Positions 29,225-39,903 of a DNA stretch of 64,000 bases are shown here, one piece after another. A program made the translations under genes and the position numbers. The stretch spans positions 1 through 64,000 of the forward strand of contig CAWGRK010000002.1 of assembly GCA_963824995.1 (NCBI GenBank), given 5' to 3'. Every line of letters starts with the position of its first letter. Within the stretch, counting starts at the first letter, position 1. The notes under the pieces were generated by a model. The model was not told the origin of the DNA. It saw only the letters and a list, made by a program, of their open reading frames with translations, and did not search any database. Source of the stretch: an uncultured Actinomycetes bacterium (GTDB lineage: Bacteria > Actinomycetota > Acidimicrobiia > Spongiisociales > DATADW01).

Positions 29225-29964
29225 TCCTCTTTGAATTCGCCAAGGTAGGCCTGGCTGAGGCGGGGGTCGGCGAGGAGGGTGTCGGCGCGGTCTGACATCA
29301 CGATCCCGCCGGTCTGCAGCACATAGCCCCGATCGGCGATGCTGAGGGCGACGTGGGCGTTCTGCTCCACCAGGAAGACTGTTGTTCCCTGACCGTTGAT
29401 CTCCTGGATGGTCTCGAACACCTGCTCCACAAGGATGGGGGCCAGACCCATCGATGGCTCGTCCATGAGGATCACCTTGGGATCGGCGAGCAGGGCGCGC
29501 CCAATGGCGAGCATCTGTTGCTCGCCGCCGGAGAGAGTTCCCGCCTTCTGCTTGATGCGCTCCTTGAGCCGGGGGAAGAGGGTCATCACCCTCCCGATGT
29601 CACCCTCTACCTCGTCCTTTTCACCACGTCGCAGGTTGGCGCCGATCTCGAGGTTCTCCAGAACCGACATTTTGGCGAACAGCCGTCGGTTCTCGGGGAC
29701 CATGGTGAGGCGTTTGGCGACGATCTCTGGTGTCGTCAGCCCATCGATCCTCTCCCCCTCGAGCAGGATCTCACCAGCGCTCGGGCGGACCATCCCCAGG
29801 ATGGTCCGCAAAGTCGTGGTCTTCCCGGCGGCGTTCGAGCCGAGGAGGCAGACGATCTCTCCCGGAAACACCTCGAGGCTCATGTCCTCCAGCACCCGGA
29901 CCGGGCCGTACGAAGCCCTGACGTTGCGCAGTTCGAGGATCGGTTGATCACCGTTGGTGGTCAT
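29221..29964 (-). CDS. livF: Branched-chain amino acid ABC transporter ATPase
   Basis: GSNAAGKTT, LSGGEQQMLAIGRAL, DEPSMGLAP, VEQNA. Confidence 0.93.
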   Translation of the reverse strand: MTTNGDQPILELRNVRASYGPVRVLEDMSLEVFPGEIVCLLGSNAAGKTTTLRTILGMVRPSAGEILLEGERIDGLTTPEIVAKRLTMVPENRRLFAKMSVLENLEIGANLRRGEKDEVEGDIGRVMTLFPRLKERIKQKAGTLSGGEQQMLAIGRALLADPKVILMDEPSMGLAPILVEQVFETIQEINGQGTTVFLVEQNAHVALSIADRGYVLQTGGIVMSDRADTLLADPRLSQAYLGEFKEE

Positions 29965-30746
29965 GCTCCCGCCTCCGCCGACTTGCCCAGGTAGGCCTCG
30001 ATGACCCGCTGGTTGGAGGCGACCTCCTCGTAGGTGCCTTCGGCGATTTTCTGGCCGTAGTCCAAGGCGACGACCCGGTCGGAGACACCGCGGATCACCG
30101 GCATGTCGTGCTCGATGAGGACGATGGCATAACCGTGCTCGTCGCGGAGCCTCCCGATCAACTCGATGAGCCCCTCCTTCTCGGCCGGGTTCATACCGGC
30201 GGCAGGCTCGTCGAGCAGGAGGAGCAACGGCTCGGTGGCCATCGCCCTGGCGATCTCGAGCCGTCGGCGGTCGGCGTATGCCAACTCCGACGCAAGCTGA
30301 TCCTGACGGAAGCCGGCGAGGCGGTCACCGAAGAAGGCAAGCGCCTGGCGCGACCGGTCGAGGATCTTCTCCTCCTCGGCATGGGTGCGCCGACCTCGGA
30401 ACAGGGCGCCGCTGAAGCCCGCCTTGCTCCTGGTGTGCTGGCCGACCATTGCGTTCTCGAGGACGGTCATGTTGGCGAACAGACGCACCGCCTGGAAGGT
30501 ACGGGAGATACCCAGGTGCGTGATCTGGTTGGGCTTCAGCCCGGTGATTTCGGACCCGTTGAAGATGATCCGCCCGCTGTCGGGCGCATAGAAGCCGGTG
30601 ACGATGTTGAAAAGGGTGGTCTTGCCGGCGCCGTTGGGGCCAATCACGCCCACGATCTCACCCTGGTCGACCACCATGTCCACTGCCTGGACGGCCTGTA
30701 CTCCACCGAATCTCTTGGAGACGCCCTGGACCTCGAGAAGGCTCAT
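29961..30746 (-). CDS. livG: Branched-chain amino acid ABC transporter ATPase
   Basis: GPNGAGKTT, RTFQ, LEIARA, DEPAAGMN, IEHDM, VIEAYLG. Confidence 0.93.
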   Translation of the reverse strand: MSLLEVQGVSKRFGGVQAVQAVDMVVDQGEIVGVIGPNGAGKTTLFNIVTGFYAPDSGRIIFNGSEITGLKPNQITHLGISRTFQAVRLFANMTVLENAMVGQHTRSKAGFSGALFRGRRTHAEEEKILDRSRQALAFFGDRLAGFRQDQLASELAYADRRRLEIARAMATEPLLLLLDEPAAGMNPAEKEGLIELIGRLRDEHGYAIVLIEHDMPVIRGVSDRVVALDYGQKIAEGTYEEVASNQRVIEAYLGKSAEAGA

Positions 30747-30768
30747 CGCTTCGACTCCGCCACGCCGG

Positions 30769-32509
30769 TCATATCCTCTCCGACGCCGTGGAGAGGGCGA
30801 CGTCCTCCGCGATCGAGGGGTCGCCTTCGACGTGAAGCTCGCGCCGGCGTCGCCGGTTGGGGATGAGACCCTCGGGTCGGAAGATCATGATCGCCACCAG
30901 GATCACCCCATAGAAGAGCAACCGGTACTCGGCGAATTCGCGGAGCAACTCGGGCAGGGCAACCAGCACCAGAGCACCGACGACCACTCCCGGGACGCTT
31001 CCCATCCCACCAAGGACGATCACGGCAAGAACATTGATCGAGACCAGCAGTCCGAAGCTGTTGGGGAAGATCGACCCGATCTTGGCGGCGAAGAAGGCAC
31101 CGCCTAGACAGCCGATCCCGGCACCGATGGCGAAAGCAAGCATCTTGTATCGGACCACCGACACCCCCATTGCCTCGGCGACCGATTCGTCTTCCCGCAT
31201 GGCCGCCCAGGCGCGGCCCACCCGAGCATCTACCAGCCGCCAGGCGATAAAGGCGGCGACGATGACGAATGCCAGGATCAGGTAATAGGTCATTTGGGGA
31301 TCACGCAGGTCGAGCCCTTCCGGTGGCGGGGCCGGCACCTGCGTGATCCCCTGGGCGCCTCCGAGGTACGGGGCAAGCCAGTCGGAGAGCACCAAAGTCC
31401 GGATGATCTCGCCGAACCCGAGGGTGACGATGGCCAGGTAGTCGCCTCGGAGCCGCAGCACCGGAGCGCCGATCAACACCCCGATCAGCACGGCGATGAT
31501 CACAGTCGGGATCAGGGCCACCCAGAAGTTGGTCAACCCCGCCTCGGCGACGTCCACCGCCCTCGGGCCGGACGAGGAACGACTGCGGCGAGGTGAAGAT
31601 CGCGATCGAGTAGGCGCCGACCGCGAAGAAGGCCACATACCCGAGGTCGAGCAGTCCGGCGTACCCGACCACGATGTTGAGACCGAGACCGAGCAGCACA
31701 TACAGGCCGACTGTCCCGAGGATGTCGGCGATGCGGTCACCCACCACCCAGGGGAGCACCAACAGGACCACCCCGACGATGGCGAGCACGATCCGGTTGC
31801 GGGTGATGATCGGTCGATCGGTGATCGGCGTTGGGGCTTGCTCCTCCGCGGGAGAAGGTGGTTTGCGGAAGCGCTCCCGCGAGTAGATGAGACCAGCCGA
31901 GACCAAGAAGATGACGATGGCTCCGGCGACAGTGAGTCCACCGCTTTGATATAGGAATTCACCCACGAAGCGCAACCCGATCCCGTTGAAGACCGGAGTC
32001 AGCAGTGGCTCGGACAGGCTGACCAGAAGCATCGCGGCCAACCCGTAGAGCACCGGTCGCCGCCATTGATCCGAGAGAACCCGGACGCTGGCACCGGCAA
32101 GACCGACCACTAACCCGACTGCGGCGTCCACCAGCAACGCCATGAACCCGGTGCTGCCAAAACCGACGATCTCCAGCATGCGCGGAGTCACCGCGATGAA
32201 GACTCCGCGGACATTGACCCCCGCATCGAGCAGAAGGGTGAGGACCACGACGAAAACACCGCAAAGCACGCCTGCGGCCACCCCGGCGACACCTCCGGAA
32301 ATCAGGCGGTTGCCTTCGAGCCGTTGGCCCTTTGGCGGCCGAGCGGCGAGATAGCCGGTGAGGAAGAAGGCGGTGAGGATCATTGTCCGGCCCAGCCCAA
32401 TTACTCCGGTGATGACGGGACGTTGGTCAAACCTCTCCAGGATCCCGGTCATCGCCAGATAGATGACGACGCTCCCCCCGATGAGCCCGATCTTCACCGA
32501 CCGGGTCAC
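30769..32509 (-). CDS. livM: Branched-chain amino acid ABC permease with extra N-terminal TM region; frameshift ~31560
   Basis: GLNIVVGYAGLLDLGYVAF (frame 1) joins LRLRGDYLAIVTLGFGEI (frame 2) across a G run. Confidence 0.88.
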
Positions 32510-33594
32510 GCCCGCTTCTCCTCGGGGGCGCCGAGCAGGCCACCCGGGAGGAAGATGAGGACCAGCACCAGGATCCCGAACGAAATCACCGGTTGCAACT
32601 GGTTGGGCGAGGGGACACCGAACCCGGTGAGGAAGAGGATCGGTCCTACCGCCTCGAGCACCCCGAGTATGAGCCCCCCCAGGGCTGCGCCCGTAATGCT
32701 CCCGATCCCACCGAGCACCGCCGCGGTGAAGGCCTTGATCCCGGGGAAGAATCCCATGGTGAAGATGACCTGGTTGAAAAGCAGGATGTAGAGAATCCCG
32801 GCTGCGCCTGCAAGCGCACCCCCGATGGCGAAGGTGGTGACGATGGTGCGATCGACGTTGATCCCCATCAGGGCGGCGATCTCACGGTCCTCGCCAACCG
32901 CCCGCATGCTCCTACCAGTCCTGGTCCGTGCGACGAACATGAACAGCACCAGCCAGAGAAGGATCGCTCCCAGGATGACGATCACCTGGGCGCGGGGGAT
33001 CTCGTAGCCGAAGACCGACCACGAGCCTTGGAGCGAAGGGATTGGCGGGTAAGCGCGGACATTGGCGCCGAATAAGCCGCGCGCCGTGTATTGGAGGAAG
33101 AGCGTGGCCCCGATGGCAGTGATCAGCGGGACCAGGCGCGGAGCGCTGCGCAGGGGTCGGTAGGCGATCCGCTCCAACAGCACGGCGACCGTCATAGAGA
33201 CCAGCATCGAGACGGCAAGGATGACGACGATCCCGAGGACGGGTTGGGATTCGAGTATTCCGTTGGTGCCGAGGGCGGTCGCAGCGAAGAAGGCGGCGAA
33301 CGCACCAAACATGAAAACCTCGCCGTGGGCGAAGTTGATAAGGAAGAGAATTCCGTACACGAGGGTGTAGCCGAGTGCGATCAGGGCATAGACGCTTCCC
33401 CTGGCCACACCGTTTACGATTAGACCCGCCCAGTCTTCTGCGGAGAAGCGGCCGGTCTGCAGGGTCGCCACCGACCCGGCGACGACGAACCAGATGATGA
33501 TGATGCCCAGCACCCATTGGATGGCCCGGCGGACCGGGAAGCGTTCCAGCCGGACCCGCCAAGGGCTGGTATCCGCCGGCGTGATGTCGGTCAT
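32506..33594 (-). CDS. livH: Branched-chain amino acid ABC permease
   Basis: GSVYALIALGYTLVYG..INFAHGE, KAFTAAVLGGIG. Confidence 0.93.
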   Translation of the reverse strand: MTDITPADTSPWRVRLERFPVRRAIQWVLGIIIIWFVVAGSVATLQTGRFSAEDWAGLIVNGVARGSVYALIALGYTLVYGILFLINFAHGEVFMFGAFAAFFAATALGTNGILESQPVLGIVVILAVSMLVSMTVAVLLERIAYRPLRSAPRLVPLITAIGATLFLQYTARGLFGANVRAYPPIPSLQGSWSVFGYEIPRAQVIVILGAILLWLVLFMFVARTRTGRSMRAVGEDREIAALMGINVDRTIVTTFAIGGALAGAAGILYILLFNQVIFTMGFFPGIKAFTAAVLGGIGSITGAALGGLILGVLEAVGPILFLTGFGVPSPNQLQPVISFGILVLVLIFLPGGLLGAPEEKRA

Positions 33595-33671
33595 TTGCCT
33601 CCCGGCCTGTCGAGGTGGGCGGATTCGATGCCGGGGCGAGCGCTAGGCCCGCCCCGACGATCGACTCGGTA

Positions 33672-35117
33672 TCAGCCTCCGCCCTGGACGTCGGCCAGAT
33701 TGATCGTCTGGCTGAAGACCGGCTCGGTGCTGAACTCGCCGTTCTCGACCACCACAATGGCCATGGTGGCCGTGCTCTGGCAGTCGCCGTTGTCGTCGCA
33801 GGTCAGGGTGCCGGTGACGCCTTGGTAGTCCTCGACGTCGTAGAGGGCGTCCTTGAGCGCGGTGCGCGGGACGTAGAGGGTGCCGTCCTCTTCGATGGCG
33901 ACTTCCTCGATAGCCTGGAACACCAGGTTGGTCGCGTCGAAGGCGTGGGCGTGGAACACCGAATTCGGCTCGCTGCCGAACCGCTCCTCGTAGGCCGGAA
34001 GGAACTGTTCGCTGTAGAACTCCGGATTGGCCAGCGCCGTCAGGTCCGGGCCCGAGATGTAGACGCCGTCGGCATTCGCGGCGCCGGCTGCTTCGATCCA
34101 GTCGGTGGTGAACATCCCGTCGGAGCCGGCGAGCACGGTGTCGGCCATTTCGGGGAGCGCCCGAGCCTGCTGGGTGATCAGCCCGCCCTCCGCCACGAAG
34201 ATGGGGAAGTAGAGCATCTCGGGCGAGTCGGCAGCGATGTCGGTAAGCACCGAGGTGAAGTCGGTGTCACCCACCTGGATCGCCTCTTGCTTGGTGATGG
34301 TCCCTCCCGTCGAGAACACATCGGCGAAGGCCTGCTGCAGACCGTCGGCGTATGGGCTCCCGTCGTGGATGGTCGCCGCAGAGGTGATTTCCTGCTCGAT
34401 CGCGAAGTTGGCGACGGCTGCACCCTGGATCAGGTCGTTGTGCGCCGTGCGCAGGTAGAAGGGCTGGTGCTCTGCCGGGTCGGTCAGCGCCGGGCCCGTG
34501 TTCGACGGGGAGATGATGGAGATGCCATTATCGCTGAGGATCGTGTCCGCCACCCCGAGCGCTGCGCTCGAGCAGCTGGTGCCGATCACCGCAACCACCT
34601 TCTCGTCGGAGGCGAGAGCCTGGGCGCCGGCCTGTCCGCCCTCGGCGGAGCAACCGTCGTCCTGGTGGTTGAAGGCGACATCGCGGCCCATGAACTGGCC
34701 AGCTTCACCGTCAAAGCTGCCATCGATGTAGTCGGCCGCGAGCTCGACACCGTACTGGCTATCGGTCCCGAGGCTTGCGTTGGTTCCGGAGATCACGAGC
34801 AGGCTGCCGATGGTGATTGGCTCACCCTCGGCGTACTCGACGCAGCCGAACTCGTCGGCAGCGCAAGCGTCGGCCGCAGAACCACCGGTGGCGGTCGCAG
34901 TCGTGTCCGTCCCCGCTGTAGTCGTGTCTGTGCCCGCCGCCGTGGTGTCCGTGCCGGCTGCGGTAGTGTCCGTGCCGGCTGCGGTGGTGTCCGTCCCGCC
35001 CGCTGCTGTGGTGTCGGCGCCGCCGGTGGTGTCGGTGGTGGTACCGCCACAGGCGGCGAGTACCAACAAGAGAGCGAGCGAGAGACCAATGAGGCCTCTC
35101 CGTCTCGGATTCCTCAT
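33672..35117 (-). CDS. livK: Branched-chain amino acid ABC substrate-binding lipoprotein
   Basis: Lipobox LAAC, DDGCS, GTSCSS, SPSNT, RTAHND, YADGL. Confidence 0.9.
   Translation of the reverse strand: MRNPRRRGLIGLSLALLLVLAACGGTTTDTTGGADTTAAGGTDTTAAGTDTTAAGTDTTAAGTDTTTAGTDTTATATGGSAADACAADEFGCVEYAEGEPITIGSLLVISGTNASLGTDSQYGVELAADYIDGSFDGEAGQFMGRDVAFNHQDDGCSAEGGQAGAQALASDEKVVAVIGTSCSSAALGVADTILSDNGISIISPSNTGPALTDPAEHQPFYLRTAHNDLIQGAAVANFAIEQEITSAATIHDGSPYADGLQQAFADVFSTGGTITKQEAIQVGDTDFTSVLTDIAADSPEMLYFPIFVAEGGLITQQARALPEMADTVLAGSDGMFTTDWIEAAGAANADGVYISGPDLTALANPEFYSEQFLPAYEERFGSEPNSVFHAHAFDATNLVFQAIEEVAIEEDGTLYVPRTALKDALYDVEDYQGVTGTLTCDDNGDCQSTATMAIVVVENGEFSTEPVFSQTINLADVQGGG
34900..35040 (-). 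repeat. Coding tandem repeat (~21 bp, TDTTAAG) forming the Thr/Ala linker of LivK
   Basis: Protein TDTTAAGTDTTAAGTDTTAAGTDTTTAG; DNA GTGTCCGTGCCGGCTGCGGT repeated. Confidence 0.8.
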
Positions 35118-35233
35118 TCCTACCTTCCTTCCTAGTTGGAACACCCGGGAACCAGCCGATCAGGGCGTGGATTCACGAATGGCGCGGAAGCATACCGACG
35201 GAAGGGCGTCCCGCGCCTCTCAGAGACAGAATG

Positions 35234-35680
35234 TCAGTCGTCGCGCGATCTGACTGTCAGAGTTCCCTGAGGGCGGCCCTCGTCGCCAGTGACGCTGTAA
35301 AACGGCCAGGAGCCGACTCCGAGCGTGTCGCCAATCCGGCCCACCGTCACTGTCGCGCCCGACGGGATGCTCAACTCGATCAGCGTGTGGCGTGGGTTGG
35401 GCCCGGGTGGGTCGACGACATTGAAGGTGTGATCCACGGAGGATCGGTTGCTGACGCTCAAGATCGAGTCGGTGGTAACGATGAGGCAGGCGGGTTCGAA
35501 TCCTCCGTCCGTCACCACCAACTCGACCGAATCCTCTCTCCGATCGGCGCAGTCGCCATCGAGCGGGTCGTGACCTGTGGCGGCATGGACGTCCTCCCGG
35601 TTGGTGGTGACGGTCAGCGGATCGGCGGTCCCGCATCCGGCGAGAAGCAACGCCAGCAATAGAGGAGCACAACGTCGCAC
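35234..35680 (-). CDS. Cupredoxin-like lipoprotein lacking C-terminal Cu ligands
   Basis: Lipobox LAGC, GFEP, V.N....HTF, G.WPFYS. Confidence 0.6.
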   Translation of the reverse strand: MRRCAPLLLALLLAGCGTADPLTVTTNREDVHAATGHDPLDGDCADRREDSVELVVTDGGFEPACLIVTTDSILSVSNRSSVDHTFNVVDPPGPNPRHTLIELSIPSGATVTVGRIGDTLGVGSWPFYSVTGDEGRPQGTLTVRSRDD

Positions 35681-35774
35681 GGCTGCAGGCTAGATGGCGC
35701 CGGATGCTCGACCTCGAGCGGGGAACCCGGGAGACTGGGGGTCGTTCTACATATGACCCCATGACGCGACACCG

Positions 35775-36743
35775 ATGATCGACTTCGTGCTCGGCCTGAC
35801 ACTCGCCGGCCTTGCCGTGCGGGGGTGGTCCCGCGGGTTCGCACGCGAGGCGATGGATCTGGTTGGCGTGGTCGCAGGGCTGCTCCTCGCCTTCCGGCTC
35901 GGCGCTCCACTCGGCGACGAGCTCGTAGCCCGGTTCGGGATAGCGCCGGAAGCGGGCCGGATAGTCGCCGCGGTCGTCATCTTTCTCCTCGTGGGCGCCG
36001 CGGCGGCGGTGGGCGCCCACTTCCTCTCAAAGGCGCTCACCCTCCCCGGGTTGTCACTGGGCAATCGGGTGCTAGGGGTCGGGATAGCGCTCGCATCGGG
36101 GGTGTTCCTCCTGCTCCTACTGGTCTCGCTGGCACGGGTTGCGTCGCTGCCCGATCAGGTGGAGGGGGTGATCGACGACTCTCGGGTGGTAGGGGCGGTG
36201 GCGGCACCCGAGTCGGTAACAAGCCGCTGGTTCCATGCCTTGGCAGGTGATCGGGTGGTCGAAGCCGTCACCAACCTCGAGCGCGAGGTGGGAGAGCGCC
36301 GCGTCGTTCTCGAGGAGGGGGAACGTGCATCGATCCCCGCCGCCGAACCCTCCGAGCTGACGGCGTCCTTTCAGGAGAGCCGTGACGTGTACGACCTGGT
36401 CAACCGGGCGAGGCTCGATGCAGGCAGGGATCCCCTCGCCTGGTCGCCTTCGCTGGCCAAGGTGGCCCGTGCCCACGCCGGCGAGATGTACAGGCGCGGT
36501 TACTTCTCTCACCGCTCTCCGGTTACGGGATCGCCGCTCGACCGTGTGCTCGACGCCGGGATCGTCATCGGTCGTGTCGGCGAGAACCTGGCATTGGCGG
36601 CAACGCCGGTTGCCGCCCACCAGGGTTTGATGGAGAGCGATGGGCACAGGAGGAACCTGCTGGCGACATCGTGGACGACGGTGGGTGTCGGTGTCGTAGA
36701 CGGACCCCTGGGACTGATGGTGGTGGAGGTCTTCTCCGATTAG
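35775..36743 (+). CDS. CvpA (colicin V production) family membrane domain fused to CAP/SCP domain
   Basis: RGWSRGFARE...NRVLG; LVNRAR, ARAHA.EM..RGYFSH, GENLA, LMESDGHRRNLL. Confidence 0.85.
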   Translation: MIDFVLGLTLAGLAVRGWSRGFAREAMDLVGVVAGLLLAFRLGAPLGDELVARFGIAPEAGRIVAAVVIFLLVGAAAAVGAHFLSKALTLPGLSLGNRVLGVGIALASGVFLLLLLVSLARVASLPDQVEGVIDDSRVVGAVAAPESVTSRWFHALAGDRVVEAVTNLEREVGERRVVLEEGERASIPAAEPSELTASFQESRDVYDLVNRARLDAGRDPLAWSPSLAKVARAHAGEMYRRGYFSHRSPVTGSPLDRVLDAGIVIGRVGENLALAATPVAAHQGLMESDGHRRNLLATSWTTVGVGVVDGPLGLMVVEVFSD

Positions 36744-36751
36744 CGGTGGTG

Positions 36752-37471
36752 ATGGCAGTGGACAGCCCGAGATTGATCGATGTCTTTGTCGGCGCGTACC
36801 GGCCATATGTGCTCGGGCGGCTGGAGGAGCTTGGGATCGACCCGCCGGACCGCATGTCCGAGTCGCTCGATGATGGAGAGCAATGGTTGCGCCAAGCGCT
36901 CGAGGAACTGCTTGCCAAGCCCTATCCCGATCAGCGACGAGGACCGCTCGAGGTGTTACAGGAGGCGATGAGCCATCCGACCGAGGTGTTGCTCGAGGCG
37001 GGCCTATCACCTGGGAACCGCGACCCGGTGGCGGCTTCGGCGCTCCCCGGCGATCTCTTCGACCTGGCGCCTGCTTCCTCGCAGTCTCTGGGGGAGGAGG
37101 CATGGCGAGCCCACCTCGCGTGGGGTGCCGCCAAAGCGGCTGCGATCACTTCCCCGGCGAAGCGTGCCGTGCTGGTCGTTTCTGCCAATCTGCTCGACAG
37201 AAGCCGGATCGAGTCGGCGGTCCATGGCAGTGGCCTCGGTCTGGCTGCGTCGGACTCGGACCCGAGATCATTAGCCAGGGCGTTGGTCGATCTGGAGGCA
37301 CCCGGTGCCATCCAGCAGATAGAGCAACTGGCCGCTGCAGGTGTGGAAGTGATCGCCTTTGGCCCACACGTAGACACCTCGGCACTCGAAGCAGCAGCCG
37401 CTGCCGGTGCCACGGAATCTCTGCCCCGTTCTGTCTTCTTCCGACGCCTCGACGAGATCGTCAGTGGGTGA
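36752..37471 (+). CDS. Hypothetical protein with C-terminal receiver-like domain
   Basis: C-terminal NLLDRSRI...LVDL...IAFGPHVD...A...GA..LPRS.F pattern. Confidence 0.65.
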   Translation: MAVDSPRLIDVFVGAYRPYVLGRLEELGIDPPDRMSESLDDGEQWLRQALEELLAKPYPDQRRGPLEVLQEAMSHPTEVLLEAGLSPGNRDPVAASALPGDLFDLAPASSQSLGEEAWRAHLAWGAAKAAAITSPAKRAVLVVSANLLDRSRIESAVHGSGLGLAASDSDPRSLARALVDLEAPGAIQQIEQLAAAGVEVIAFGPHVDTSALEAAAAAGATESLPRSVFFRRLDEIVSG

Positions 37472-37539
37472 GACGGCAGACGGCAGAAGACAGCCGGTCC
37501 AGTCCAAGCGGAAGGGCTACCAGCGTGCGGGGACATCCG

Positions 37540-39021
37540 TTACAGGTCTTCTGGCGCTGCCTTCTTCGAGGCCCGGCGGCGATCGGATGGTGGCGAGGCC
37601 GCCCTTCGTGCCGCAGCCAACAGTTGTTCGTGAGAGTCGCGCAGTGAGGCAATCAAATCTGGCAGGTCGGGGACGATGTCCCAGTCGGCCTGCACCCCCC
37701 AACCCATCCGGCCGTCGTAGCTGAAGAGAGCTATCCCCGCTCCGTGGTGCTCCCATAGCGGCACCGCCGCATAGAGGGCGAGGATTTTCGACTCCATCAA
37801 GTACATCGGGAACTGCGGGCCGGGCACATTTGTCACGGTGAGGTTGAACGGGCGCAGCACCTGTCCGGCGAGCCGGGCCCCCAATCCGACCAGCGTGGTC
37901 GGGGCGCCGGCTGACATTTGGACGATGGTGGCGGCACCCAAGGCCTGATCGGTCTCTTTCAGCTTGGACGTCTCGGCGGTGATCGCCCGCAGGCGCCGGA
38001 CGGGATCGCCTTCAGCCAGCGGCATCTTGACCAGCCACATTGCGATCTGATTTCCCAACTCGCCATGTGATGGACCCGGCCGAACGCTCACCGGCGCCAT
38101 CACCCTGAAATCGAGGTCAGCGAGTGAGAACGAGCGCCTCTCGGTGAGAAAGCGGCGGATGCCCCCGGCCACGATTGCCAAGATGACGTCGTTGACGCTC
38201 CCTCCGAATTGTTGCTTCACCTCCTTCACCTCGGCAAGCGGAACCTCGAACCAGTCGAAACGCCTATTGGGCCCGATGTCGCCGTTGAGTGGGGTCATCG
38301 ACGTCGCCCGCAACCAACCCGAGGCAAGCGAGGCGGCGGTGGCACGCGCTCGTCGTCGGCTCGATGACCAAAGCGTGGAGGCAGGAGCATCGAGCCGACC
38401 GAAGCTGCGTACTGCGTCGGTCACCCGGCGGGTGCGGCGGGCAGCCTCGGCGACCATGAGCTGGGTGCCCTCAGGGGCGGGTCTCGGTTGCCACTCGTCG
38501 AGTGGCTCGATCTTCACGTCCGGTGATAGGCCAAATAGCACTGCCATCAGGTCGACCCCGGCAATGCCATCGATCATGCAATGGTGGACCTTGGCGATCA
38601 GCGCGAATCGGTCGTCATCGAGGCCCTCGGCGACCCAAAACTCCCAGAGCGGCTGGGCGTGATCGAGTTGCTGGGAGAGGACGCGCCCGGCGAGTCGTTT
38701 CAGTTGTGCTTCCGTTCCCGGGCGAGGCAGGCTCGTGTGGCGGACGTGGTACTCGATATCGAAGTGGTCGGCGTCAACCCAAATGGGGGATCGCCCCAGT
38801 GGTGTCCAGGCGAGCCGTTGGCGGTAACGGGGGACGTACTTCAGTCGAGAGGCGATGAAGGCCCGGATTCGATCGATGTCGATCCCGCCGTCAGATGTGC
38901 GCAGGGGCCCCGCGTCGAGGATGGCAACGCTGGCGACATGGAAGTGTGCTCGACCTGTCTCCAGAGCCAGGAACGAGGCGTCGAGGGGCGAGAGGCGCTC
39001 GTAATAGGTGGCGGTGTTCAC
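37540..39021 (-). CDS. Wax ester synthase/diacylglycerol acyltransferase (WS/DGAT)
   Basis: RLSPLDASFL, PLWE, HHCMIDG active-site motif, NDV, TNVPGP. Confidence 0.95.
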   Translation of the reverse strand: MNTATYYERLSPLDASFLALETGRAHFHVASVAILDAGPLRTSDGGIDIDRIRAFIASRLKYVPRYRQRLAWTPLGRSPIWVDADHFDIEYHVRHTSLPRPGTEAQLKRLAGRVLSQQLDHAQPLWEFWVAEGLDDDRFALIAKVHHCMIDGIAGVDLMAVLFGLSPDVKIEPLDEWQPRPAPEGTQLMVAEAARRTRRVTDAVRSFGRLDAPASTLWSSSRRRARATAASLASGWLRATSMTPLNGDIGPNRRFDWFEVPLAEVKEVKQQFGGSVNDVILAIVAGGIRRFLTERRSFSLADLDFRVMAPVSVRPGPSHGELGNQIAMWLVKMPLAEGDPVRRLRAITAETSKLKETDQALGAATIVQMSAGAPTTLVGLGARLAGQVLRPFNLTVTNVPGPQFPMYLMESKILALYAAVPLWEHHGAGIALFSYDGRMGWGVQADWDIVPDLPDLIASLRDSHEQLLAAARRAASPPSDRRRASKKAAPEDL

Positions 39022-39126
39022 ATGGTTGCCTTTGCCAAGAACCGAATCTACGTCACGGCACTCGACCACCTGCCCGAGATTCCGCGACAGTTCTCGGTCC
39101 TGATTGACAGCTGAGTCAGGGTGGTC

Positions 39127-39873
39127 TCAGCTGTCGGGCACCAGAGAACCGAGATCGGTCACGACGACATCGGCGCCGGCCCGGCGCAACTCGTCGGCGA
39201 CATCGAGCCGATCAACCCCGATCACCAGACCGAAACCACCCGCCTTTCCGGCGGCGACCCCCGAGATGGCGTCTTCGACCACCACGCATCGGTCTGGTTT
39301 GACTGCCAGTCGGCGCGCAGCCTCGAGGAAGCAGTCGGGAGCGGGTTTGCCGGGGAGTCCGTCATTCGAGATTGTGATCCCGTCGACGCTGGTATCGAAC
39401 ATGTCCTCCAACTCGGCCTTGGCCACCACTGCCGCACGGTTTTTGCTCGAGGTGACGACCGCCGTCTTCATTCCCTGCTCGCGGACCCACTTCAGGAACC
39501 GGACTGAGCCGTCGTAGACCTCGACCCCATCGGAATCCAGCACCTGGTTGAACAGCTCGTCCTTCCGATTTCCCAGCCCACACACCGTTTCCCGATCGGG
39601 CGAATCAGAGGGTTTGCCTTCTGGAAGGTCGATTCTGCGCGAGGTGAGAAACGTCCGCACCCCGTCGTAGCGCGGCCTGCCGTCGATGTAGTTCAAGTAA
39701 TCGTCTTCGGTGAACGGCCGGAACGGCTCATCCAACGAAGCCGCCCGTGCCTCCAGGTACTCGTCGAACATGCGCTTCCAGGCAGAGGCGTGGACGTGGG
39801 CGGTGGCGGTGATCACACCGTCGAGGTCGAAGAGGACGGCGTCGTAGCTGTCGGGGCCGACTGTCGGTGCCAC
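39127..39873 (-). CDS. Beta-phosphoglucomutase-family HAD hydrolase
   Basis: FDLDGVIT, DGRPRYDGV, GKPAPD, VEDAISGV. Confidence 0.9.
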   Translation of the reverse strand: MAPTVGPDSYDAVLFDLDGVITATAHVHASAWKRMFDEYLEARAASLDEPFRPFTEDDYLNYIDGRPRYDGVRTFLTSRRIDLPEGKPSDSPDRETVCGLGNRKDELFNQVLDSDGVEVYDGSVRFLKWVREQGMKTAVVTSSKNRAAVVAKAELEDMFDTSVDGITISNDGLPGKPAPDCFLEAARRLAVKPDRCVVVEDAISGVAAGKAGGFGLVIGVDRLDVADELRRAGADVVVTDLGSLVPDS

Positions 39874-39903
39874 CGGAGCGATGGTAGGTGGCGAGCTCTC
39901 CGC

